Shown here in pieces: positions 20,381 through 30,342 of a stretch of DNA of 64,000 bases. The stretch is from positions 32,001-96,000 of the forward strand of contig JBGSMD010000030.1 in the NCBI GenBank assembly GCA_041740355.1, read 5' to 3'. The notes under the pieces were generated by a model. It was not told the origin of the DNA. It did not search any database and saw only the letters and a program-made list of their open reading frames with translations. Position numbers and translations under genes: made by a program. Origin of the DNA: Bdellovibrionota bacterium (GTDB taxonomy: Bacteria; Bdellovibrionota_C; UBA2361; CALJRW01). How positions within the stretch are numbered: the first letter of the stretch is position 1; each line of letters begins with the position of its first letter.

Positions 20381-22777
20381 ATGAGTGATAATTTAATCCC
20401 CCATACCCCCGGACCATATACGGATTATTTTCAGATCTCTTATAAAATTGCGGAGACTTTTGGTGCAAATTTATATAGTGGCATAAATGTTGATAGTTCC
20501 AAGCCCACTGTACTCTGGGTTTCCAAATTTCCTGTTAATTTAACTTCTGCGGAAGCTCAAAATCTATTGTTGCAAATGCACAGTATCGATGTAATTGATC
20601 CTCCAGTTGGACCATTTGATACCTATGGAATTGATTTTCATGGTTTAGCATTTCTAAGTTTTACTGAAAAAATATCAAATAATTTAAATCAATCACGCGC
20701 TAATACAGAAGAGATGGAGCGAAGGCTGTTTAAGGCCATTCGATTGGTTCATAAAGCGCATCAAGCAAATTGTTGCTTTGGAGATCTTAACCCCAACTCT
20801 TTTTGGTTAAATAATTCTGGAGGTGTTGAATTAACCTCTGTCCTAAAATTACCGATGACATTTCAAAAAAGTGATCTGGCGAGCTTTGATTCACAGTTGA
20901 TTGCTTATCTGGCACCGGAGGTTTTTGAAAAGGTAGTTAGCACCCAAAGTGATGTCTACTCCTTGGGGATGATTGCTTTCTATCTAATCCTCAATCGTCT
21001 TCCCGTGGAAGTTGAATTAACGCCAGAAGGATTACCAAAAATTGATTATACTTTAGAAAATACTTTCAAAAAACAATTGCCTCCCTACTTATTGGAAGTA
21101 TTAGAGAAAGCAATTTCCTTGGACCCGGCGTTGCGATATCAGACAGCCGGCGAGCTAATTGAGGCTTTGGTTGCTATTAATGAACGGATTAAAGTGGGAG
21201 ATAAACGGGAGACTCCCGCAACTGAGCCAATAGTAAATATTCTTCCAGCGATTCGTTCAAAAGATCAAATGCAGATTGAAAAATTTCAAGAATCTTTAGC
21301 TAAACGTTTAGCTAATAATGCTTATAAAATTATCTTTTCTGTCATTGCATTTGTAATTTTAGCATCCTTAGTAACTGGGTTAATGTTTTATCGCCATTAT
21401 CGCCAAACGTTAGCTCGTGAGATTAATGAAGCAACAGCGCCATTTTCAGGAGGTAATCCTGAACTGACTAAGTCCATTGCGCAAATTTCCAATATTAGTG
21501 CTGAACTCAAAGATAAGATTGCCGAGATTCAGTCTTTGGCAGAATCTCCCGATCCCTTAAGTTATGGTTTATTAGTTGCCAGTGCGGACAATAGCAAAGA
21601 TGATTTGCTAGTTAAAAACTCTCAGTCAGCCATTATCCAAAAATTGCAAAGTTCTGGGCAAGTACTGACAGCGATTCAACTTGAACAATGGTTTCGCTAT
21701 GGAAATAAGGATATTAAAAGTCCAGTCTTCGGGAAGGTCTTAAAACTTCTTGACCCAGCAATGCCTTTAAAAAATAAACTTTCAGCAATTAATAAATTAA
21801 ACAGTCAAGATTTAAATATTTCTACTCGTCTTGCTGCGGCACTATATTTTGATTTAAAACAACCGGATAGTTTTAAAGAATTATTAGTTCAGCAAATTGG
21901 GAAAGGTTTAGGTATTCCCGCAGCTGAAAAACTTTCTGCTTTGGCTTTAATCATGCAACATGAAGCTTTACATCAGATTTTTTCAGAACAAATTAAATCT
22001 AATTATTCAAAACTTTCGGAATATGATTTAAAGGTTTTGTTAGAATATTTTGCTAAACGTGATCAGCAAGTATTTAAAGATTTAGTTAAGATAATAATTG
22101 AACAAAATATATATCCTAAACTTAAAGCCCGTTTTTTAGTGGCAATTATTAGTAATAAAGATCTTAGTATCGATCTAACAGAAGCTCTGACTATGGTGGC
22201 AGTTGATAAAGTTGATGCATCTTATCTAAATCGAATTGTTACATGGCAGTCACCACAGGCAGAAGAATTACTATTTTCTTTAATTTCAATCTTAGAAGAT
22301 AACGAAGGTAAAGTAATGGTTCTTGACAGTCTAGCTATCCGAAACTTGCAATCAAATCCAGGGCAAGGGTTTGTTAAATGGTTAAAGGAAAATAAGTGGG
22401 AGCAAAGGCAAAAATACCTAGATTCCTTAGCTACTTTAGCTACTTCAGTAAACTTTACTGAACAAGAGATTTTATCAGCATTAAAAATATTTCAAAAAGA
22501 CTTACAAGATACTGGGTTGCAAAATGCATTATTAGCTAGTGCCGATGATCGCTTACCATTATTATTTATTGAAAACTTCTCGGAGAGTATTGGCTTAGCA
22601 CAAAAACTGAATTTACTTAAACATCCAAATACTGAAATTCGCAAAGCAATTATTAAACGACTGGAAACAAATGACGTTGGTGCAATGAAGTTGATCGTTG
22701 ATGCCTATTCTCTGGAGCAAAATGAAGAGTTAAAGAATATCTATAAAGAGAAGTATTGGTTTGTGAAGAACCGTTAA
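20381..22777 (+). CDS. Membrane-anchored pseudokinase with large C-terminal helical domain
   Basis: Kinase C-lobe motifs kept (AYLAPE, SDVYSLG, P..RYQTA); catalytic loop GDLNPNSF; no DFG, VAIK Lys or Gly-loop; one TM at ~aa 315-336. Confidence 0.85.
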   Translation: MSDNLIPHTPGPYTDYFQISYKIAETFGANLYSGINVDSSKPTVLWVSKFPVNLTSAEAQNLLLQMHSIDVIDPPVGPFDTYGIDFHGLAFLSFTEKISNNLNQSRANTEEMERRLFKAIRLVHKAHQANCCFGDLNPNSFWLNNSGGVELTSVLKLPMTFQKSDLASFDSQLIAYLAPEVFEKVVSTQSDVYSLGMIAFYLILNRLPVEVELTPEGLPKIDYTLENTFKKQLPPYLLEVLEKAISLDPALRYQTAGELIEALVAINERIKVGDKRETPATEPIVNILPAIRSKDQMQIEKFQESLAKRLANNAYKIIFSVIAFVILASLVTGLMFYRHYRQTLAREINEATAPFSGGNPELTKSIAQISNISAELKDKIAEIQSLAESPDPLSYGLLVASADNSKDDLLVKNSQSAIIQKLQSSGQVLTAIQLEQWFRYGNKDIKSPVFGKVLKLLDPAMPLKNKLSAINKLNSQDLNISTRLAAALYFDLKQPDSFKELLVQQIGKGLGIPAAEKLSALALIMQHEALHQIFSEQIKSNYSKLSEYDLKVLLEYFAKRDQQVFKDLVKIIIEQNIYPKLKARFLVAIISNKDLSIDLTEALTMVAVDKVDASYLNRIVTWQSPQAEELLFSLISILEDNEGKVMVLDSLAIRNLQSNPGQGFVKWLKENKWEQRQKYLDSLATLATSVNFTEQEILSALKIFQKDLQDTGLQNALLASADDRLPLLFIENFSESIGLAQKLNLLKHPNTEIRKAIIKRLETNDVGAMKLIVDAYSLEQNEELKNIYKEKYWFVKNR

Positions 22778-22836
22778 GCCCTGAACTCAAAGCTTACTAC
22801 TAGTTATTTTGAAATTTAAAGAGTACAGAGATTGAG

Positions 22837-22938
22837 AACCCGTCTTCGCACTACGTGCTATGACGTGGTAAACCCGTCTTTCGCATATGTGCTACAACAC
22901 GGTAAGCCCGTATTCGTACTATGTGCTATGACGTGGTT
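22837..22938 (+). repeat. Three tandem 34-bp REP-like units
   Basis: AACCCGTCTTCGCACTACGTGCTATGACGTGGTA / AACCCGTCTTTCGCATATGTGCTACAACACGGTA / AGCCCGTATTCGTACTATGTGCTATGACGTGGTT. Confidence 0.85.
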
Positions 22939-22975
22939 ACTTTCTTAATAATTTTTCAAATTATTAAGAAAGTAA
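22937..22975. terminator. Perfect 18-bp inverted repeat directly 3' of tRNA-Leu (possible terminator or processing hairpin)
   Basis: TTACTTTCTTAATAATTT-ttc-AAATTATTAAGAAAGTAA. Confidence 0.55.
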
Positions 22976-23055
22976 TGCGGAAGGAGGGACTTGAACCCTC
23001 ACGCCGAAGCACTAGATCCTAAGTCTAGCGTGTCTGCCAATTCCACCACCCCCGC
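22976..23055 (-). tRNA. tRNA-Leu(TAG), CCA not encoded
   Basis: Reverse complement GCGGGGG-TGGTGGAATTGGCAGACAC-G-CTAGA-CTTAGGA-TCTAG-variable arm-GAGGG-TTCAAGT-CCCTC-CTTCCGC-A. Confidence 0.95.
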
Positions 23056-23107
23056 AAAGAAATGATTAGGAACCACATAATAATCAATTTTTAATTTTTT
23101 ACAAGTG

Positions 23108-23207
23108 TTGTGTATGGCCAGTGTGCATTGCGCACTGGCCTTACACAAAATCACGCCGAAGCATGCTAAGCATAATTGTTCTAATCTTCAGACAATGCGT
23201 AGGCGGA
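23108..23207. repeat. Hairpin plus REP-like motif between tRNA-Leu and tig
   Basis: TTGTGTATGGCCAGTG..CACTGGCCTTACACAA hairpin (23108-23148); CGCCGAAGCAT...ATGCGTAGGCGG (23153-23206). Confidence 0.6.
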
Positions 23208-23330
23208 TTACTGGGATAAATATCAAGCTAAATGTCCAAATCCTATTTTTTGTTGATTTCTGTAACTGTTTACTATGCCAATAACTATTGGTATACCAGT
23301 AAGGAAATTTACAAAAATTAAACTAAAAAT

Positions 23331-24725
23331 ATGGACTTTAATAAACAAATTACTAACGTTAACTCAGTTACAACTGAAGCTTTAATTACAATTCCAGTAG
23401 AAGCAACTAATTCCGCATATGAGGCAGAAATCAAGAAAGCTTCAATGAAGGCTAACCTTAAAGGTTTTCGTCCAGGAAAAGCACCTCGTAAGATGATTGA
23501 AGGGATTTATGGTGGCCGTGCGCGGATGGACGCAATTGATAATGTTGCAAGAGAAGCTCTAAATAAGACAATTCAAGAGCTAGATCGCGCAGCTGACTTA
23601 ATCGGTCAACCGGAAGTTGATTTCATCAGTCTGGACCCAGCTAAACCATTAGAATTTAAAGCCACTGTTTATTTTTTCCCACGTCCAACAATCGAAGGAT
23701 ATGATCAACTTTCTGTGGCATTACCAGAAATGCCAGCAGTCGGAACTAAAGAAGTAGATGAAGCACTTAAAAGAATTGCCCATAGTAAAGCAAAACTAAC
23801 TAAAATTGAAAAACGTAAGAAAGTTCAAAAAGGGGACGTTCTTGTCGGTGTTTATCAAGAGCGGGAAGGGGATCAAGAATTTTCTGCTGAAGAAAAAATT
23901 AATATTCCTTTAGGTGATAAGTTTTTGCCAACAGAGTTAGAAGATCAACTGATTGGTTTAGAGATTGCTAAAGACTTCGAAACTACTATTTCATACCCTG
24001 ATGATAGTGATCATAAATTCCTTGCAGGCAAAGCTATCACTTACAAAATTCGCGTAGAGGAAATTATGGAGAGAGAACTACCAGAATTAAATGAAGAATT
24101 TGTAAAGGAGTTAAAGTTTCAAGATGCTGCTACTGTTGAAGATTTAAAAGCTAAGTTAGCCTCTACTATTGAGAAGGAAAATCAAAGATATTGGGAACAG
24201 AACAGACAAACAGCTATCATCCAAGCAATTTTAGATGCTAATCATTTTGATGTACCAAAGTTAATGGTGGATCAAGAGCTTAAGGCTATGTTCCAAGAAG
24301 CTTCTGGGAAAGAGCCTACCGCTGATGATTTGAATAAGGTTCCAGTTGAAGTGCAGGTTCGTGCTGAAAAGCAATTGCGTTCAGGTTTAGCTTTAATGCA
24401 AATTGCCCGACAAGAAAAATTAATGGCTACAAGAGAAGATCTTCAAAGTCATGTTGAGCAAGTAGCTGCTGATTCAGGAATGGATATCAAAATGTTACAA
24501 GACTTGTATCTTAACAACCAACAGTTGGCACAGTCCTTACAATCTGAAATTACTACTAAAAAAGTTTTTGACTTTTTAGAGTCAAAAATTAGTGGTACAA
24601 CTGTAGTCTCCAAGAAAGCTTCTCCAAAAAAAGAAGCTAAACCAGCGAAAGAGAGTAAAAAGACTGCTGCCGAGGAAGCTCCAGCTAAGCCTAAGAAATC
24701 TTCCAAAACAAAATCTAAGGAGTAA
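23331..24725 (+). CDS. tig: Trigger factor
   Basis: GFRPGKAP signature; upstream of clpP; Lys/Ala-rich tail. Confidence 0.95.
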   Translation: MDFNKQITNVNSVTTEALITIPVEATNSAYEAEIKKASMKANLKGFRPGKAPRKMIEGIYGGRARMDAIDNVAREALNKTIQELDRAADLIGQPEVDFISLDPAKPLEFKATVYFFPRPTIEGYDQLSVALPEMPAVGTKEVDEALKRIAHSKAKLTKIEKRKKVQKGDVLVGVYQEREGDQEFSAEEKINIPLGDKFLPTELEDQLIGLEIAKDFETTISYPDDSDHKFLAGKAITYKIRVEEIMERELPELNEEFVKELKFQDAATVEDLKAKLASTIEKENQRYWEQNRQTAIIQAILDANHFDVPKLMVDQELKAMFQEASGKEPTADDLNKVPVEVQVRAEKQLRSGLALMQIARQEKLMATREDLQSHVEQVAADSGMDIKMLQDLYLNNQQLAQSLQSEITTKKVFDFLESKISGTTVVSKKASPKKEAKPAKESKKTAAEEAPAKPKKSSKTKSKE

Positions 24726-24730
24726 ACTTA

Positions 24731-25333
24731 ATGAAAAAAGAAACTGTCATGTCGTATATACCCTATGTAGTTGAACAGACTGGTCGAGGAGAAAGATCCT
24801 ATGATATTTATTCACGCTTATTGAAAGAGCGAATTGTTTTTCTTGGTACGGAAGTAAACAGTATGGTGGCCAATTTAATTGTCGCTCAGTTGTTACACTT
24901 AGAAAGTGAAGATCCAGAAAAAGATATTTTCTTATACATCAATAGCCCAGGGGGTGAAGTTTATGCAGGCTTAGCAATTTACGATACGATGCAATACATC
25001 AAACCTGATGTTGTAACGGTTTGTATCGGTCAAGCTGCCAGTATGGGAGCAGTATTATTAGCAGGTGGAGCTGCTGGCAAACGAAATGCCTTGCCGCATT
25101 CTCGAATTATGATTCATCAACCGCTTGGTGGTTTTCAAGGGCAGGCATCGGATATTGAAATTCATGCTAAGGAAATTAAGAGAGTAAAATCAGAGTTAAA
25201 TGGAATTTTAGCTAAGCATACAGGTAAGACTACTGCCGCTGTGGAAAAAGATTCTGATCGAGATAATTTTATGACTACGCTAGAAGCCAAAGAGTATGGT
25301 TTGATCGATGCGATTTATCAGCATCATAAGTAA
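24731..25333 (+). CDS. clpP: ATP-dependent Clp protease proteolytic subunit
   Basis: [34 protein letters not shown]; alternative start at 24749. Confidence 0.98.
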   Translation: MKKETVMSYIPYVVEQTGRGERSYDIYSRLLKERIVFLGTEVNSMVANLIVAQLLHLESEDPEKDIFLYINSPGGEVYAGLAIYDTMQYIKPDVVTVCIGQAASMGAVLLAGGAAGKRNALPHSRIMIHQPLGGFQGQASDIEIHAKEIKRVKSELNGILAKHTGKTTAAVEKDSDRDNFMTTLEAKEYGLIDAIYQHHK

Positions 25334-25354
25334 TAATCTTTACAGTTATTATAA

Positions 25355-25425
25355 TTCTCCCCTTTTTGTTCACAAAAGTTTAATGCTATCATAGTGTTAA
25401 TGCCGTGTGAGCAAAAAGGGGAGAA
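25355..25425. promoter_or_regulatory. Long stem-loop between clpP and clpX
   Basis: TTCTCCCCTTTTTGTTCACA ... TGTGAGCAAAAAGGGGAGAA (19/20 complementary). Confidence 0.55.
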
Positions 25426-25495
25426 ACAATTGCGTAAGCACATCAATTACTTTAGACTAGTAGTTATTGTATAAGTTTTTTATAATACATCGCCT

Positions 25496-26776
25496 GTGAC
25501 TAAATCAACTTCAAACCCAACCGATAAATCAAAAAAAACTCCAGAATGTTCTTTTTGTGGTCGAACAATCGACCAAGTAAGAAAAATGATTTCCGGATCA
25601 GCTAATGTACACATCTGTGATGAGTGTATCGATCTATGTAATGAAATTATTGCCGAAGAAGTCGGACAGGAAACAGAAGTAGCCAAGATAGATGGACTTC
25701 CTCGTCCCCGTGAAATTATGAACTTTTTAGATCAATATGTTGTTGGTCAAAATTTTGCCAAGAAAGTTCTATCTGTCGCTGTGCATAACCATTATAAACG
25801 CATCGAAGCGCAGAAAAATTCTAAGTCAGAAGTAGAGATTGCTAAATCTAACATCCTTTTAATCGGTTCAACTGGAACAGGCAAAACATTATTAGCTCAA
25901 ACTTTAGCTAAGGTTTTAAATGTTCCTTTTGCTATCGCTGATGCAACGACATTAACTGAAGCTGGTTATGTGGGAGAAGATGTTGAAAATATAATTCAGA
26001 GTTTATTACAGTCGGCTGACTATGATGTGGAATTAGCTCAAAGAGGAATTATTTATATCGATGAAATAGATAAGATTACTCGTAAATCTGAGAACCCTTC
26101 CATAACCCGAGATGTTTCTGGGGAAGGAGTACAGCAAGCATTGTTAAAAATGCTAGAGGGAACTGTGGCTAGCATTCCACCTAAAGGTGGGCGCAAGCAC
26201 CCCCAACAAGAATTTGTTCAAGTTGACACTAAGAATATTCTGTTTATTTGTGGTGGAGCTTTCGTTGGTCTGGAAGACACTATTCGCCGTCGCTTAGGTG
26301 ATAAAAAAATGGGATTTGGAATTCGGAAATCTGATGACATCTTAAATATTAAAGATGAGAAAGCTCGACTTCTAGTCCACGTTGAACCAGAAGATCTTTT
26401 GCAATTTGGATTAATCCCAGAATTTATCGGACGCCTTCCCCTTGTTGCCCCCTTAGAAGAGCTTGATGAAGCTACGCTGATTAAGATTTTATTAGAGCCA
26501 AAAAATGCGCTCACTAAGCAGTACAAGAAATTGTTTGAGATGGAAGATGTGGAATTAAAGTTCACTGAAGGATCAATCTCAGCAATTGCTAAGAAGGCAA
26601 TCGATCGTAAAACAGGTGCTCGTGGATTACGCGCTATCCTAGAAAAATTAATGCTCGATACGATGTTTGAGATTCCATCTGATGACACAATTAAAGAAGT
26701 CATTGTGTCGGAAGATTCAATCATGAAGAGTGAAAAACCAATGATTGTCCACCATTCTAAAAAGGAATCAGCTTAA
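25496..26776 (+). CDS. clpX: ATP-dependent Clp protease ATP-binding subunit
   Basis: CSFC..CDEC zinc finger, [19 protein letters not shown] loop, GARGLR. Confidence 0.98.
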   Translation: MTKSTSNPTDKSKKTPECSFCGRTIDQVRKMISGSANVHICDECIDLCNEIIAEEVGQETEVAKIDGLPRPREIMNFLDQYVVGQNFAKKVLSVAVHNHYKRIEAQKNSKSEVEIAKSNILLIGSTGTGKTLLAQTLAKVLNVPFAIADATTLTEAGYVGEDVENIIQSLLQSADYDVELAQRGIIYIDEIDKITRKSENPSITRDVSGEGVQQALLKMLEGTVASIPPKGGRKHPQQEFVQVDTKNILFICGGAFVGLEDTIRRRLGDKKMGFGIRKSDDILNIKDEKARLLVHVEPEDLLQFGLIPEFIGRLPLVAPLEELDEATLIKILLEPKNALTKQYKKLFEMEDVELKFTEGSISAIAKKAIDRKTGARGLRAILEKLMLDTMFEIPSDDTIKEVIVSEDSIMKSEKPMIVHHSKKESA

Positions 26777-27076
26777 TTCTTTGAGCTGTTTTTCTTGCAT
26801 TACTACAGATACCCCGTGGATTAGCCTTGAATTTGAGAGACAACAGTATTATCAAGTATAATAAGTTAGGAAAATGCAAACTTTATGCAGATTGGTCGCT
26901 TAGTATCTTTCCTATATTTTTTGAATAAATTATTCTATATTCAGAGTCTTACTACAGAGTAAGCTCATTTAAGCCATTATTAGCTAATAGTTAGATTTTT
27001 CGTGGCGCTTAAGAGACATTATCGCCGTAAATAAGGTTTTCGGCATTTATTTTTTCAATTTACTTAATATATTCCT

Positions 27077-29530
27077 ATGAGTTCTAAAGTAACTAATCCA
27101 GTTCCATTATTAGCCTTAAAAGAATTAGTGGTTTTCCCAGGTCAGGTAGTTCCATTATTTGTTGGACGTGAAAAAAGCGTTCGTGCCATTGAAGAAGCAC
27201 AGAAAGAAAAAAAATTGATTATGATGGCAACTCAAAAAGATGCCATGGTTAGCAATCCAGGACCAAAAGATATTTATTCTATTGGTACACTGGGCGAAGT
27301 AGTTCAGTTGATTAGATTAGCTGATGGACCAATTCGTGTCCTAGTTGAAGGTAAAACAAGAGCTAAAATTGACCAGTATCTGCAACAAGATTCATTCATG
27401 TTAGTTAATGTTACGGAAGTAGAAGCAGAAGTTGTTGATAATCCCGATGTGAAAGCTTTGATGCGCACAGTTGTTTCTTCTTTTGAAACATATGTGAAGC
27501 TTGGTCGCAAAGTTAATCCAGAAATGATAATGCAAGTCGGTGCGATTGACGATCCTTGTCGCTTAGCCGATTCCATCGTTGTTCAATTAAATATTAAATT
27601 AGAAGATCGGCAGTTAGTTTTAGAAACAATTAATCCAGCTGAGCGTCTAGAGAAAGTTCTAAACTTCATGAAATCTGAAATTGAGATTATGCAAGTTGAG
27701 CGTCGTATTCGTGGACGAGTTAAAAAACAGATGGAAAAGAGCCAGAAAGAATACTATCTGAATGAACAGATGCGCGCGATTCAGAAGGAACTTGGCGATA
27801 AAGATGATTTCAAAAACGAAATTCAAGAAATTGAAGAAAAGTTAGAAGCTAAAGACATGCCAGAAGAGGCTAAGACTAAAACAGCAAAAGAGCTGCGCAA
27901 ACTTAAGATGATGTCACCAATGTCAGCCGAAGCATCTGTCGTTCGTAACTATATCGATTGGATGGTCGGACTTCCTTGGAACGAAATGTCCGAAGACCGA
28001 ATTGATTTAGACATTGCGGCTGATGTCCTTGATGAAGATCATTATGGCTTAGAGAAAGTTAAAGAAAGAATTATTGAGTATCTAGCAGTTCAAAAACTTG
28101 TTGGTGCACTTAAAGGTCCAATCCTTTGTTTAGTTGGACCTCCGGGGGTTGGAAAGACTTCTCTTGGTAAATCAATTGCTAAAGCTACAAATCGTGAATT
28201 TGTAAGAATGGCACTTGGTGGTGTGCGTGATGAAGCTGAAATTCGTGGTCACCGTAGAACTTACATTGGGGCACTTCCCGGTAGAATTATTCAGTCACTT
28301 AAAAAAGCTGAAAAAAGTAATCCTGTATTTTTACTTGATGAAATTGATAAGATGACTGCTGATTTCCGTGGGGACCCAGCGTCAGCATTATTAGAAGTTT
28401 TAGATCCAGAGCAGAACAATGCCTTTAATGATCACTACTTAGATGCTGATTATGATTTGTCAAAGGTAATGTTCATTACAACAGCTAACAGTTTACACAC
28501 GATTCCACAGCCCTTAATGGACCGTATGGAAATCATCAGAATCTCTGGTTACACTGAGCTTGAAAAATTAAAAATTTGTCAGAAATATTTAGTTTCAAAG
28601 CAGTTAAAAGAAAACGGGATTGAAGCTAAGAATTTAGTCTTAGAAGAATCTGGACTTTATGAGTGTATTCGTCGCTATACTAAAGAGTCTGGGGTTCGTA
28701 ACCTTGAGCGTGTGATTGCTACACTTTGCCGTAAAGCAGCAATGCAAGTAGTACAAAATGGACCAGATCATAAATTAACAATTACAGCGGAAAATATTGT
28801 TAATTTTCTTGGTCAACCAATGTACCGTTTTGGTCATAGTGAAGACAAACACCAGATTGGTATTGCTACTGGACTTGCTTGGACACAAATGGGTGGAGAG
28901 ATGTTAGTTATTGAAACTACAATCTTACCTGGTCGTGGACGATTACAAATCACTGGGAAACTTGGGGATGTGATGCAGGAGTCTGCAAAAGCAGCTCTTA
29001 GTTATGTTAGATCTCGGTCGGAAATGTTAGGCTTGCCGAAGTATTTCTACGATAAGATTGATATACACGTCCACGTTCCAGAAGGTGGGATTCCAAAAGA
29101 TGGACCATCTGCTGGTATTACAATGGCACTATCAATTGTTTCGGCCTTAACAGGAATTCCAATTGATAAGAACATTGCCATGACTGGTGAGATTACCTTA
29201 CGTGGAAACGTTCTTCCAATCGGTGGTTTGAAAGAGAAAACTCTTGCTGCTCACCGTGCTGGAATTAAGCGGGTAATGTTCCCATCAGAAAATGAAAATG
29301 ATATTGAAGAAGTTCCGGAAACTGTTCGAAGAGATTTGGAATTAATACCAGTAAGTCATGTTGATCAAGTAATTTACGAAGGACTTATTTGTGACGGACC
29401 AGCTGATTTCCAAAGAATTATTGAAGAGCGTAAATTGCGTTTTGAGATTCTTTTTGGAGAGGACAAAGAAGGGAAAGAAGAAAATGCCGCAGCTGCTAAA
29501 CAGACTAATGGTGCTATGATGACGCATTAA
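27077..29530 (+). CDS. lon: Endopeptidase La
   Basis: GPPGVGKTS, RRTYIGALPG, PKDGPSAG catalytic Ser, GGLKEK. Confidence 0.98.
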   Translation: MSSKVTNPVPLLALKELVVFPGQVVPLFVGREKSVRAIEEAQKEKKLIMMATQKDAMVSNPGPKDIYSIGTLGEVVQLIRLADGPIRVLVEGKTRAKIDQYLQQDSFMLVNVTEVEAEVVDNPDVKALMRTVVSSFETYVKLGRKVNPEMIMQVGAIDDPCRLADSIVVQLNIKLEDRQLVLETINPAERLEKVLNFMKSEIEIMQVERRIRGRVKKQMEKSQKEYYLNEQMRAIQKELGDKDDFKNEIQEIEEKLEAKDMPEEAKTKTAKELRKLKMMSPMSAEASVVRNYIDWMVGLPWNEMSEDRIDLDIAADVLDEDHYGLEKVKERIIEYLAVQKLVGALKGPILCLVGPPGVGKTSLGKSIAKATNREFVRMALGGVRDEAEIRGHRRTYIGALPGRIIQSLKKAEKSNPVFLLDEIDKMTADFRGDPASALLEVLDPEQNNAFNDHYLDADYDLSKVMFITTANSLHTIPQPLMDRMEIIRISGYTELEKLKICQKYLVSKQLKENGIEAKNLVLEESGLYECIRRYTKESGVRNLERVIATLCRKAAMQVVQNGPDHKLTITAENIVNFLGQPMYRFGHSEDKHQIGIATGLAWTQMGGEMLVIETTILPGRGRLQITGKLGDVMQESAKAALSYVRSRSEMLGLPKYFYDKIDIHVHVPEGGIPKDGPSAGITMALSIVSALTGIPIDKNIAMTGEITLRGNVLPIGGLKEKTLAAHRAGIKRVMFPSENENDIEEVPETVRRDLELIPVSHVDQVIYEGLICDGPADFQRIIEERKLRFEILFGEDKEGKEENAAAAKQTNGAMMTH

Positions 29531-29548
29531 TCAAGATAGCATTGCTTC

Positions 29549-29606
29549 AAAAAGTGAACCTTAAACTTCTTGCTACCTGCTAGAAATTTAAGTGTTCACT
29601 TTTTTT
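29549..29606 (+). terminator. Intrinsic terminator after lon
   Basis: AAAAAGTGAAC-CTTAAA...TTTAAG-T-GTTCAC followed by a T tract. Confidence 0.7.
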
Positions 29607-29613
29607 ATCTAAA

Positions 29614-30141
29614 TTGATGGCCATAAAAATACAGTTATTTTTTTTGCTTTGCTTGCTCTCAAGTTGTGCTGGGTATGTTAAGGGTGATTTGCAAGAAGAT
29701 CAGATTGACCAGGAATTAACATTTAAAGTTAAAAAAGAAGGTTCCCAAAAGGAAGCTGATTTTACGATCGACTGCAATGGTAAGATCTATCCTTTAAAAA
29801 TGGAATATGATTTGCAAGAGTCTAGCTGGAGCACAGAAGTAATGTCGACCTTGTCTGTTTTAACCTTAGGAATTATACCCTTATATTCCTCCAATGATCT
29901 GAATTTAAAAATTAGTCTTTATAAAGATCAAGAGATTTTTGCTTTAGAAGCAATTGATTCTAGGGCACATTTTTATTATGGCATTATCCCACTTTTGTTA
30001 ACAAAAACAAAAGATAATATGAATTGCAATGAAGGCGAGGGAACAAAGGGGTGTTTGTATCGCGTGGCTCAGACACGATCCGTTCAGCGTTTACACCGAA
30101 TCTTACGTGAGAATGGCAAGCTAAATGAATTGTGTAATTAA
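29614..30141 (+). CDS. Putative lipoprotein
   Basis: LSSC lipobox; internal LTLGIIP hydrophobic hairpin. Confidence 0.7.
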   Translation: MMAIKIQLFFLLCLLSSCAGYVKGDLQEDQIDQELTFKVKKEGSQKEADFTIDCNGKIYPLKMEYDLQESSWSTEVMSTLSVLTLGIIPLYSSNDLNLKISLYKDQEIFALEAIDSRAHFYYGIIPLLLTKTKDNMNCNEGEGTKGCLYRVAQTRSVQRLHRILRENGKLNELCN

Positions 30142-30266
30142 TGAAGAAATTTTTTTATTATTAATTATGAATTTCTTCGTAATTTAACTATAAATCCTAA
30201 TTTTTGGTTTTCTTAACCTAACTTGACTTTCTTTTATCTGAATAGTAAATAAATTGTCCCTTTAAT

Positions 30267-30342
30267 GGGCGCTTAGCTCAGTTGGTAGAGCAATAGCCTT
30301 ACAAGCTATGGGTCACAGGTTCGAGCCCTGTAGCGCCCACCA
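30267..30342 (+). tRNA. tRNA-Val(TAC), CCA encoded
   Basis: GGGCGCT-TAGCTCAGTTGGTAGAGC-A-ATAGC-CTTACAA-GCTAT-GGGTC-ACAGG-TTCGAGC-CCTGT-AGCGCCC-ACCA. Confidence 0.97.

Noticed and set aside
22837-22938. Possible mini CRISPR array (34-bp periodicity)
   Set aside because: Units are directly tandem with no unique spacers, are degenerate, and no cas genes are present; they belong to the REP-like family.
23151-23163. 13-bp match TCACGCCGAAGCA to tRNA-Leu (22999-23011) as an att site
   Set aside because: It matches the variable arm, lies 5' of the tRNA, and is explained as one arm of the REP-like motif (CGCCGAAGC...GCGTAGGCGG).
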